From Sanchytrium tribonematis (Eukaryota), in the NCBI GenBank assembly GCA_018985235.1, contig JADGIG010000012.1:1-54415 (forward strand): DNA of 54,415 bases, read 5' to 3'. Under the pieces are notes generated by a model. That model worked only from the letters and a program-made list of their open reading frames with translations. It ran no database searches and was not told the origin of the DNA. Below, piece after piece: positions 31,162 to 40,506 of the stretch; position 1 is the stretch's first letter; each line of letters opens with the position of its first letter. A program made the translations under genes and the position numbers.

Positions 31162-33210
31162 TTATTCAGTTAAAACCTCATCTAAAATATTGGCCTCGAT
31201 TGCAAATTCGATCAAAATAGTAATAAGATTTGGAAATCTTTCCAGAAAATAATGAATCACACACATAAATGAAGGTTGGTGCTCGTTTGACAAGATATTT
31301 AAAATATGGGGTGGTAGTTCTTGAAAATGATTCACCAAATTTCTTACAGCTCTTAATAAATCCTGCATCAAGTGAGGATAATATCTTCTAAATTGTATCA
31401 GATGCTTAAATATGTTATTGTGGATGTATTGCGACCAATCATTTTTATAAACATCTGAAAGTGCTTCTAGTTTTTTTAAAAGAATCGACTGTCCACGCTT
31501 TTCTGTCTCCAATCTATTGCTTATATTACAAATAAATGCAAGTTTCTGCTTCTCTGACCAAAAGAACGGACTCGAGAGGATTTCGTGGCAAGTTGGCCTT
31601 ACTTCATATTCGTAACTGATCATGTCGGAAATTAATAAATCTGCTTCAAAGGATTCGTTAGCGTCTAACCCAAATAAGTCGAATTCATATTTTCCATGTA
31701 AAATATTTAGCTCCCTGGACATTATATCACCAAAAGGGTGCACTCCGTGGGACAATATAAAATGTACAATAAGCCCAACTGCAAATATGTCGCTCTCTTT
31801 GGTCAGTCGCAAGACACAATCGGGATTTTCAAGCATTTTTAAAATCTCGGGACTTCTCCAACCTTTTGTACCATTAGGAGCAGTCATAAAAGATGATTTG
31901 GAATCATCTAACATTTTTCCCAAGCCAAAATCTGTAATTTTAAACAGAAAGTAATCCTGATGCTTTTGATAAAGAATATTTACAGGCTTTAAATCTCTGT
32001 GAACTATTTTTAATTCGTGAATAAATTCCAAGCCTTGAACTATTTGCTTAATTATATTTTTTGCATCGTAAATGGGATAATTTTGAATAAATTGATCGAG
32101 ATTTCCATCACAAAGCTCCAATACCACAAATGCAAAATTCAAATTCTGTGAAAGAAAAAAAAGTCTCACCACGTGTTCATTGATGTCAGTTGATTGAAGC
32201 AATTTAACTTCCTTTTCTGCGATTGCGACGAAGTCTTTCAACATTCTTTTAATAGCCACTGGTCTCCCGTTAAAGGAGCCTTTGAAGACCACTGTTCCAT
32301 TGCTGCCGTAACCAAGTACATTCTCTGACAATACTAAATTTTCCATTGATTTGTGTTTTGTTATTTCAAATTTTGCTTCCATAAATCTAGGGAAAAAAAG
32401 AGATTTTTTGAAATATAATACGGTATATGCTATCAATATTCCCACAATAACAAAGATCGCTCCGTAAATTTCAAAGTAATCGAGCTTTTGTTCCCTCAAA
32501 ATATTAGTCGATGGGACTAATGAACACTGAGGATAAAATGGACTATTAATATCACATTTTAGAGGCAGTTGTAAGTCTTTGCTAAACCTTGAAAGAGCCA
32601 AATCTTTAGGTTCTGCAGATTTGTCTATTGCGACTACATGTGATATCGAATGGGTTTGTGCATCAAAATAACCGAGTATGTCATCATCAAAATCATATCT
32701 CCAGTTCTCATGCTCAAGGGACTTTTCATTTATCTGCAAATCACCAGTCAATACTTTGTCATGTCCATGTAATTTGGTATATTCAAGATCCCATGAAATA
32801 TCCTCAACCAAGTGAATTAGTTTGAGACTATAAGTACTAACTCCTATAACCACTCCATCTTCTACGCATTGAGCACTATTTACCGCTTCTATTTTCCCAT
32901 TTTTCACTGCTACAAAGTGATTTTTAATTTGACCAGTAACCAAAATCTGGCCACTTTTTGTCGGTGAGCGCAACGTCAATTCCAGAATATTTAACGGTAA
33001 TTTTTCTGAATATTCATCGACACCGTAATAAAGATTCCCGTGTTTGTCTAGCTTGTAGAAATAATTCGTTGGTTTTGAGGATTTAATACGTATCAATGGC
33101 GGTAACTGAGCAGTAAATTGCTCATGACCATTGATTTTGTTTATTCCAGTGACGGTGCCCTTTTTTGTATACACTAGAAGTAATTGGGAGGGCTTTTGTA
33201 TCAAACTCAT
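31162..33210 (-). CDS. IRE1: IRE1 kinase/endoribonuclease
   Basis: Luminal region, TM, LGYGSNGTVVFKG, VAIKR, HRDLKPVN, DFGLGK, GTKGWRSPE, KEN domain DLLRAVRN..NHF. Confidence 0.93.
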   Translation of the reverse strand: MSLIQKPSQLLLVYTKKGTVTGINKINGHEQFTAQLPPLIRIKSSKPTNYFYKLDKHGNLYYGVDEYSEKLPLNILELTLRSPTKSGQILVTGQIKNHFVAVKNGKIEAVNSAQCVEDGVVIGVSTYSLKLIHLVEDISWDLEYTKLHGHDKVLTGDLQINEKSLEHENWRYDFDDDILGYFDAQTHSISHVVAIDKSAEPKDLALSRFSKDLQLPLKCDINSPFYPQCSLVPSTNILREQKLDYFEIYGAIFVIVGILIAYTVLYFKKSLFFPRFMEAKFEITKHKSMENLVLSENVLGYGSNGTVVFKGSFNGRPVAIKRMLKDFVAIAEKEVKLLQSTDINEHVVRLFFLSQNLNFAFVVLELCDGNLDQFIQNYPIYDAKNIIKQIVQGLEFIHELKIVHRDLKPVNILYQKHQDYFLFKITDFGLGKMLDDSKSSFMTAPNGTKGWRSPEILKMLENPDCVLRLTKESDIFAVGLIVHFILSHGVHPFGDIMSRELNILHGKYEFDLFGLDANESFEADLLISDMISYEYEVRPTCHEILSSPFFWSEKQKLAFICNISNRLETEKRGQSILLKKLEALSDVYKNDWSQYIHNNIFKHLIQFRRYYPHLMQDLLRAVRNLVNHFQELPPHILNILSNEHQPSFMCVIHYFLERFPNLITILIEFAIEANILDEVLTE

Positions 33211-33340
33211 GAAAATGTTTTAAAAGGAACAAGCCAAGGATTTAAATCTTGTTACATTTATGCTGAGTCTGAATGATGCTTTTTATAAACCAAATAGAGT
33301 ACTCGTGGCGATGGAAACATTGAGGATAAAGTATTCGAAA

Positions 33341-33487
33341 CACGTGATGGTGTGACTAGGATTTTTTACTCATGTGATTCACTATTAGGAAATTTGTACA
33401 AAATTAAAAAATAATATTCTTAGCCAGTTCGATTGTAAACTAATAGTGTACCAATATCTCAGCTTCTTGGTCGATAAAATCATGTGA
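33341..33487. promoter_or_regulatory. Cluster of three E-boxes (CACGTGA, TCATGTGA x2)
   Basis: 33341-33347, 33370-33377 and 33480-33487, in the IRE1/bHLH divergent intergenic region. Confidence 0.5.
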
Positions 33488-33567
33488 TCAGTCTGTGAAC
33501 GCTTGTAACACCCCGTACTACGTTACGCTTCGATTTGGCAAATAAAAGGGAGGGGTTCCCAAACTTT

Positions 33568-34314
33568 CAAATGAATCAATCGTATTCGAACTACGGACAG
33601 CAGCAAGAATACTACTCGCAATACAACAGTCCTACAGTACAATCTCCATCCTACCCAAGTGCTGAAAATAAAGGCTACTATTCGCCGCAATTACGGCCGC
33701 CAGTGTCCCCTCATCCACAACATTTGCCAAGTCTACAACAATCTCAGCATTATAGTATGTCTCTGCCTTCTCAATTACATTCACCGCACAATTTTCATTT
33801 ACAACAAGAAGTTTATGGCAGTTCTTATGACACCGTTGGAAATGATATGGAACAGGTTAACAGAACTATTCAAGTTGTTTATGAAAAGAAAAGAAAGAGA
33901 CGCGAATCCCACAATCAAGTAGAACGCAGAAGAAGAGATAATATTAATGACCGAATCAAAGATTTAGAAAAACTTTTACCTATCAGTTTTCTTCCGAATG
34001 ACCCTACCTCAAAGTTATCCAAGGGTCAAATCTTGAGGAAATCTGTGGAATATGTGCAGCATATGCAGCAGATGATAGCATTTCAAAAAATGAGATCGGA
34101 ACAATTAGAGGAATTACTTATTATTAATGGAATTGAAGTTCCTGGTTTCGACTTTAAAGGATTGTCTCCTGACACGTTGTTAAATGTCCGTCCTAACATG
34201 CGTTTAAGCGATCAGCAAGAGGACGATGATTATGACGCACAAAGTACACCTAATGAAATGTACACTGCTTCTGGAAATGAGGACCAACAAGTTTTTTCTA
34301 TGAGCATACAGTAA
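33568..34314 (+). CDS. bHLH-zip transcription factor (MiT/TFE-USF-Rtg3 type)
   Basis: KRRESHNQVERRRRDNINDRIKDL...SKGQILRKSVEYVQHMQ. Confidence 0.9.
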   Translation, partial: QMNQSYSNYGQQQEYYSQYNSPTVQSPSYPSAENKGYYSPQLRPPVSPHPQHLPSLQQSQHYSMSLPSQLHSPHNFHLQQEVYGSSYDTVGNDMEQVNRTIQVVYEKKRKRRESHNQVERRRRDNINDRIKDLEKLLPISFLPNDPTSKLSKGQILRKSVEYVQHMQQMIAFQKMRSEQLEELLIINGIEVPGFDFKGLSPDTLLNVRPNMRLSDQQEDDDYDAQSTPNEMYTASGNEDQQVFSMSIQ

Positions 34315-34356
34315 GAGTATATCAATGTATAGTAAATTATCTTTTGTTATGAATAT

Positions 34357-36241
34357 TTATTGCGATTCTTCATTTTGATACTGGTAGGGATTTCCTATCA
34401 AGTGTTCCTTAGTATATTCTGCGCCATATTCTGTGTATTCTTTTTTAGTGATGTAAGCATTCTTATTTGCAGATTTGTAGTATTCAAAAGCACCTGTATA
34501 GGCCTGATTAATAGAATCATTATAGATAGCGACTGTAGTTCCAGTAGGCAAATTTGACTGTAAATCATGTAAGAGTCTATTTTCTAGTCCTTTAATTTTG
34601 GATAGACAGCCTGTCAAGTAAAGCGTGTCGAAATGATGCACTTTATACATGGATTCAAGTATTTCGGATACACCACGCTCATCACACCCAGAGAGGTAAG
34701 GCTTAAATAAGACTTCGGGTATTCTATACTTTTCAACGTTAATATGAATTTGATGTGCGTTTTTTTGATTTTTGTTGTAAAATTCTACATTTTCAACAGT
34801 TCTGCTGTGAAGATCAAACATAACTGGGGCTGAACCACCATGGGCCAGCCAACTTAAGATTGTGGGTGGGTTGGTCAGGGAGCTAGGATCGTAACGAACT
34901 AGTACGTCTTCAATTTCACCCAGTTCATTCTCAATATCTAAGCCTTGCCCCGATTGTGTTTTCTAAGTTAGTCAAGTATACGATATCGTGATAAACATTC
35001 CAGTCCGCGTCGTTCATACCAAAATTATCCCCAACTGATGGTTCTTTATTACTTTGATCGATGATTTTTGCCATTTCGCGCATTCTATTGTTGCTAGATG
35101 CGGATCGCCTAGTCGTATCTAATTTACGAACCTCTAATTGATCTAACAATAACTTCCTTCGCAATTTTAGTTCTTCGATATATTCCTCCGATATTTCATC
35201 CTTAGACGCCTCATTATCAGCCTGATCAACGTCCATTGCATTCATAAGATTTTCTGTTTTTGCCACACTAGCTTCCAACTTCTCAATTTGAATTTCGACT
35301 CCTTTTGCGAATTCTTCAACATCATCTACCGTTTTGTAATTGTTTTCTTTCAATAACCTCAATCTTTCTGATTTTTTTAAATTATTTAAAGTTTCTAAAA
35401 AATTTGTTAACTGCATATGCTGCATCCTAAAATTTTCTAATTTTTCTCTTCTCTTGTTCAAATTCATCTCTCTAAGTCTCTTTCTATTGGCATTTTGCTT
35501 GTCTTTTTGAGCGAGAATCTCTTCCTCTGTTAGCGATTCTTCTGCATGAAAAGGATATTGTTTCGTGAAATTGTGATTTTTTAAATTTGAAGGAATGGCA
35601 AGCTCTCTTAAAATGTCATCATAATTTTCAGCAACGGTAGCTTGTCTCAAAAACATATCTTCAGCGTCAAATTTGGGCATGACGATAGGAAAACTAGGAT
35701 ACTTCAACTGTAATGTTTTTAAAAGTAAGTCCACAGCATCATTTTTTCCAAATGGTATAGTTTTGCTTGCCTCAAAGTCTACAGAGAAGGAATTTTTAGT
35801 TGAATTTATAGCAAGAACTCGTGTACTGAGATTTCCAAAATCAATCAAAACACTTTTAGAAGATTTTTTGGAAAATGCATAAAAAGCAGCCAGGGAGTCT
35901 ACAAAATAACTCACTTTTGGGATATTGTAACACTCGAATAAAATTTCATTGGATATAGACCTGCACCCATAAGGAACGCACAATGCTTCTGATATTGCAA
36001 TTGACGGTGCATCAGCCAAATCGAGGTTGGTGAATATGTATTCTAGAGCGTTATCAAAAGCTCCGTGCGAAGTCAGGAATTCTCTGTCAAATGCACTTCT
36101 GGCGCGAATGTTGCAATCACTACCAACATATATACCATCATCTCTCTTTTCATTTACATTTACAAAGTCCAATGTGGATTCTTTACCAAATCCCGCTTGA
36201 CAAGTTCCAGTACCAAAATCAATTATCAGAGGCTTACTCAT
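34357..36241 (-). CDS. ARP5: Actin-related protein 5 (INO80 complex), 2 exons, 621 aa
   Basis: IIDFGTGTCQAG, LQLKYP, DNFGMNDADWNVY, HQIHINVEKYRIPEVLF, EHLIGN; intron 34963-34981. Confidence 0.9.
34963..34981 (-). other. 19-nt spliceosomal intron (phase 0) with CTAAC branch site
   Basis: GTATACTTGACTAACTTAG; removal joins VYHDI|KTQSGQG...RYDP to the 34357-34821 frame. Confidence 0.93.
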
Positions 36242-36416
36242 AGCAATATCTGTGTTTTAACAAGGAGAGCAAATATTTTTGCCATTCCAACAAGAGAATA
36301 CAAAAGCTGAAACGATACAACATTAAAAAGTATTCAGTATTTGTGGCCCATCGTTATCAAAGGAAGAAGCATGTTTTACAAGTTATTTATTTGACCAATC
36401 CCTTGTGAAACTTAAT

Positions 36417-37358
36417 ATGACAACAAAAATCTCCAATGCTGCGTTGCTTTCTAATGCACCTGAAAGTTGCCCTGGTCCAGAAACTGAAAAGGCTGGTAAA
36501 AGTGAAGCATGCTTTGGTTGCCCAAATCAAAATATATGTGCAACGGAGCCAAAAGAGGATTCCGATTTGATTTTGATCAAAGAGAGGCTATCAAGCATTA
36601 AAAACATTATTTTAGTAATGAGCGGGAAAGGCGGTGTTGGAAAAAGCACTGTTGCGTCGCTTCTATCTTTAAAATTATCAGAAAATTCGCAAGTGGGGGT
36701 CATGGATGTAGATCTGACTGGTCCATCCATACCCAACATGCTAGGCGTCGATGAGGAACCTGTTCACCAGTCCAGTACTGGATGGACCCCGGTTTATGTT
36801 CATGACCAATTGTGTTGCATTAGCATTCAATTTCTATTACCAACAAAAGATGAAGCTGTAATTTGGAGAGGCGACAAAAAGAATGGAATGATCAAACAAT
36901 TTATGAAAGACGTCGAGTGGGATGAACTTGACTATCTGATAATAGATTCACCACCTGGCACTAGTGATGAGCATTTAAGCACAATTAAATTATTGCAACA
37001 AACTTCCAAAATTAGCGGCTGCATTTTAGTAACGACTCCACAGCAGGTAGCAATCCAAGACGTCAAAAAGCAGATCAATTTTTGCAAAAAGCTAAATTTG
37101 AATATCATTGGCCTCGTTGAAAATATGTCAGGATATGAATGTCAAAATTGTCACAAGTCTAGTGAATTGTTTGAGTGCAATTCTGATGGTGTCGATAATT
37201 TATGCAAAGAATTTAATGTTAGTCGCATCGCGAAGTTACCCATAGATCCATTTGTTGGTCAAAGTTTAGACGACGGGGAGAATTATTTTGATGCCCATCC
37301 AAATAGCACTTCGACTAAAGAATTTAAGGGTCTAGTTGAGCGTATCTATGAATTATAA
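36417..37358 (+). CDS. NBP35: Cytosolic Fe-S cluster assembly factor NBP35/NUBP1
   Basis: APESCPGPETEKAGKSEACFGCPNQNIC, SGKGGVGKST, DSPPGTSDEH, ENMSGYEC..C. Confidence 0.95.
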   Translation: MTTKISNAALLSNAPESCPGPETEKAGKSEACFGCPNQNICATEPKEDSDLILIKERLSSIKNIILVMSGKGGVGKSTVASLLSLKLSENSQVGVMDVDLTGPSIPNMLGVDEEPVHQSSTGWTPVYVHDQLCCISIQFLLPTKDEAVIWRGDKKNGMIKQFMKDVEWDELDYLIIDSPPGTSDEHLSTIKLLQQTSKISGCILVTTPQQVAIQDVKKQINFCKKLNLNIIGLVENMSGYECQNCHKSSELFECNSDGVDNLCKEFNVSRIAKLPIDPFVGQSLDDGENYFDAHPNSTSTKEFKGLVERIYEL

Positions 37359-38141
37359 TTTAAGATGCATAAATAATATTTTTCTTTCAAAGTGATATAT
37401 CTGGGGAATGCAAATGTCGTTGATAATTAGGCAATTATACATTTCTTTTATAAAATTGCAAATATCTATATCTAATATTGTATCGCTGGCTAGATGCTTT
37501 GTTAAATATTTTGTCATATTAAAAGGGCAATAGGTTTGATTTTTTAAGATTTTCAAGTGTCGACTGACATGTCTCACCAATAGATTGGAGGGCTGGTGAC
37601 CGCAAATCAATAAAAAACAAAATAATGTATCTGCCGCGTCCAAAGGTCTTGTGGTCCACAAATGGCTAGGTTGTTTCCTAATATTGCATATTAACTTATT
37701 TCTAATCAAATTGAGGTATCTATATAGTTCTTCCATCTTCAAAAGCAATGCTTTTCCTAACTTTTCGACTTGAATCTCTTTCAGCTTAGCCTCTTTTAAG
37801 CTGCCAGAAAGCAAGTTTTCTAATAAAGAGTGTGATTTAATGGGATCGAGTGGATTAAATTCAGTTTTTGTGATGGCATCGACGTACATTGGTTCATAGT
37901 ACGGAAAGTGTGGCCATAGAGATAGATTGCCGTTACTACAAGCTAGAATATTCATATAAAGATCTTGGTATATGGACTGAAAAAGTCCGTTAAAGTAACA
38001 AAGTTGTTGAAATTTCAATTGATTTCTTTCTAGTGTTTTAAGAGTATCTTCTAAAGTCATTTCTTCCTTACCACTTTTATCATCCTCAAATTGAGTTGAA
38101 ATTGACGGGACATACTCAAAGTCTGATTCAGATCCAAACAT
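37353..38141 (-). CDS. Hypothetical protein
   Basis: 262-aa ORF; only a faint VPS9-like LDAADTLF...PSNL resemblance. Confidence 0.6.
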   Translation of the reverse strand: MFGSESDFEYVPSISTQFEDDKSGKEEMTLEDTLKTLERNQLKFQQLCYFNGLFQSIYQDLYMNILACSNGNLSLWPHFPYYEPMYVDAITKTEFNPLDPIKSHSLLENLLSGSLKEAKLKEIQVEKLGKALLLKMEELYRYLNLIRNKLICNIRKQPSHLWTTRPLDAADTLFCFLLICGHQPSNLLVRHVSRHLKILKNQTYCPFNMTKYLTKHLASDTILDIDICNFIKEMYNCLIINDICIPQIYHFERKILFMHLKL

Positions 38142-38484
38142 GGGAAAATCGATTTATCCAAAAATACCGAATAAGATTTGTTACTTATTATTTTCAGGCA
38201 AAAATCTATCTACGTAAGTTCCAATTTTAAGAATGTTTATCGTAGACGCCATTGTTACGTTTCTTCACATCGTAATTTTATTTTAGACCATAAAAATACA
38301 TGAAATCAATAAAAAATCGAATCATTCCAAATTTTAAATTGTGAGTCACTAATCTCAAACAAGTTCGACTTAGCGTATGCTGTTATGGCTGTGTGAAATC
38401 AAATAAACTCGAAATTCAGTCACATGATCACCAAAGTCAAGCTACTTTAAGGACGTTACCAAAGCTAAAACATTTGGAAATATA

Positions 38485-38961
38485 ATGGAAGATCAGGCAG
38501 CTACTCAGCTGAGCAAAGCTCTTAGTGTGATCCTCAACGAGAAAACGGGACAAAGAAAATTTAAAACGCTTGGTCAATTTCAAGAGGCACCATCGGGGAC
38601 CAATATTTTTATTAGAGGCTTGCCTGCTTACATGACGGATGATTGCTTGTTCCGTATTGCAAAATGTTATGGCGATATTCAATCATCAAAGTGCATAATA
38701 GATTCTCGAACTCAACGTTGCAAGGGATTTGGATTCGTGATGTTCAGCAATGCTGACCAAGCATATTTATGCATGGAAGGTTTGAAGAAAATTGGACTTT
38801 GGACTAGTTTAGCTAAAGTTCAGACGTCTCAGCGAATGGAGGAGACCCTAACACCATCTTCACAAAGCATGATTTTAGATTATTGCTGGGGAGCAAACGA
38901 AGACTGGAATTCGAAAAATTCGTTATTAGAAACAAGCTTTAATAGCTTAGCCATTACGTAA
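38485..38961 (+). CDS. Single-RRM RNA-binding protein (MSSP/RBMS-like RRM1)
   Basis: TNIFIRGLP...YGDIQSSKCIID...CKGFGFVMF. Confidence 0.85.
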   Translation: MEDQAATQLSKALSVILNEKTGQRKFKTLGQFQEAPSGTNIFIRGLPAYMTDDCLFRIAKCYGDIQSSKCIIDSRTQRCKGFGFVMFSNADQAYLCMEGLKKIGLWTSLAKVQTSQRMEETLTPSSQSMILDYCWGANEDWNSKNSLLETSFNSLAIT

Positions 38962-39037
38962 TTTAAATTCATAAAGTACATCAGAAAACTCACAACCATT
39001 GAACGCATGGACGCCTTTTGGAGAACATTAAATAAAT

Positions 39038-40303
39038 TTATGTATTTTGCTTTAAAATAGCATGCCAATCTTTCTTGTTTTCAATGAAGAGTCCTTGTAA
39101 TTGGGCTGGTGAGATTTTAGGATAATAGTAGCGTATCTCGTTGACAAAATGAAGCGCACTTTCATCGTTCTCGTTATAAAATCTTTTGAACATTTCTTTG
39201 ATTTGAATGTTATCTGCATTGCCCATTTCTACCATTTTATCTACTCTTCCCGGTCTAATTAAAGCCGGATCCAACTTTTCAATATGGTTGGTGGTCATGA
39301 ATATCAATCGCTCTTCAGATGCAATCACCCCATCCAAAGCATTTAGTAATCCAGAAAAGGTTACAGCTGATTGGAATCCTTCCTCGGAAGTACGTTCAAC
39401 GAATGCGGCATCCACATCCTCCACTAATAAAATAGATCTTGATGGTGCGTTTACAAGTAAGTATGCCAAGCGGTCATCAGTCAGTCCTCGTTCACTTAGA
39501 TTGATCACACAGATGTTGTATTCGAGAAATCCAGCCAAGGCTTGGATAAAAGACGACTTACCAGTACCCGGAGTTCCATATAGCAAGTATCCTCGTCGAT
39601 AAGGGATCCCCCTGTCATGATACCAATTTTGTGAGCCTAGAAATTGATTCACGTCTTGAAGAATTTCATCTTTTTGACCATTTTTTAAAATAACGCTATC
39701 AATGGGGCGCTTTCTTCTGGGCTGGCCGAAAGGTCTCCAGTCTGGCCCTTTACTCATGTAAACCACAGTTTTGTTGTGTTCCTTTTTCATTGCTAATGTT
39801 TTAGAGTCCGTTAGCATATCAGCAAAAAGCTTCTTTCTGTTAGCCAGTGTAGTTATAGTCACAGATTCAAATGGCTGGTTGTTTGCAAAATCGATAACTT
39901 CCTCGTTTCTATTTCTTTCAATTTGAAACCAATTATTTTTATATTTGAATAAATGTTTTCCAACTCCCGGTTGGTAATTTAAATTTGCCTCTACGGCGCC
40001 TTGGTCATGACTTTTAATGGAAGTTTGTACTGTAAGCTTGTTACAAAACATGTTTCTATTGGCGAAAATGTTTTTTTCATAGTGTTGAGAGAACCATTGC
40101 ATAAACCAGTGGAAGGACTTGTCTCTATTGCTTAATTCCAAGGTTACAAATGCTCTTTCTCGGGCAACAATGGCACCAGCTCTTGCAAACTTTGTTAAAA
40201 TAGCAAAACCGGTCCCTAAGCCCATCAAGCCCAGTACACCAAAGTCTCCCAACTGTTGAGTTAATTTGGAATTAGCAATTGATACGACGTTTTCATTTGA
40301 CAT
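39038..40303 (-). CDS. BCS1: Mitochondrial AAA chaperone BCS1
   Basis: PGVGKH, WRPFGQPRRKRP, GIPYRRGYLLYGTPGTGKS, TFSGLLNALDGV, RPGRVD. Confidence 0.96.
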   Translation of the reverse strand: MSNENVVSIANSKLTQQLGDFGVLGLMGLGTGFAILTKFARAGAIVARERAFVTLELSNRDKSFHWFMQWFSQHYEKNIFANRNMFCNKLTVQTSIKSHDQGAVEANLNYQPGVGKHLFKYKNNWFQIERNRNEEVIDFANNQPFESVTITTLANRKKLFADMLTDSKTLAMKKEHNKTVVYMSKGPDWRPFGQPRRKRPIDSVILKNGQKDEILQDVNQFLGSQNWYHDRGIPYRRGYLLYGTPGTGKSSFIQALAGFLEYNICVINLSERGLTDDRLAYLLVNAPSRSILLVEDVDAAFVERTSEEGFQSAVTFSGLLNALDGVIASEERLIFMTTNHIEKLDPALIRPGRVDKMVEMGNADNIQIKEMFKRFYNENDESALHFVNEIRYYYPKISPAQLQGLFIENKKDWHAILKQNT

Positions 40304-40506
40304 TCAATCTAAAATTTTTTTCTCCGCCTAATTTCTAATATAAAAGTCTCGTTCAGATTTGCCTTGAAGAAGAAAAAATAAAGCACCAAGATTTAATTTT
40401 TAAAGTGACCACAGATTATCAACTTATTTCACACATGTGAATCGAAATCAATTCTTCTTGAGTTGTGGCATTCTTTCAACTGAGAGGAGTTTTTCTAACA
40501 AACCTA

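Noticed and set aside
31162..33210. Tiny introns being Ire1-cleaved HAC1-type (~20 nt) introns
   Set aside because: They have GT-AG ends and branch motifs, and no paired CNGNNG hairpins are evident
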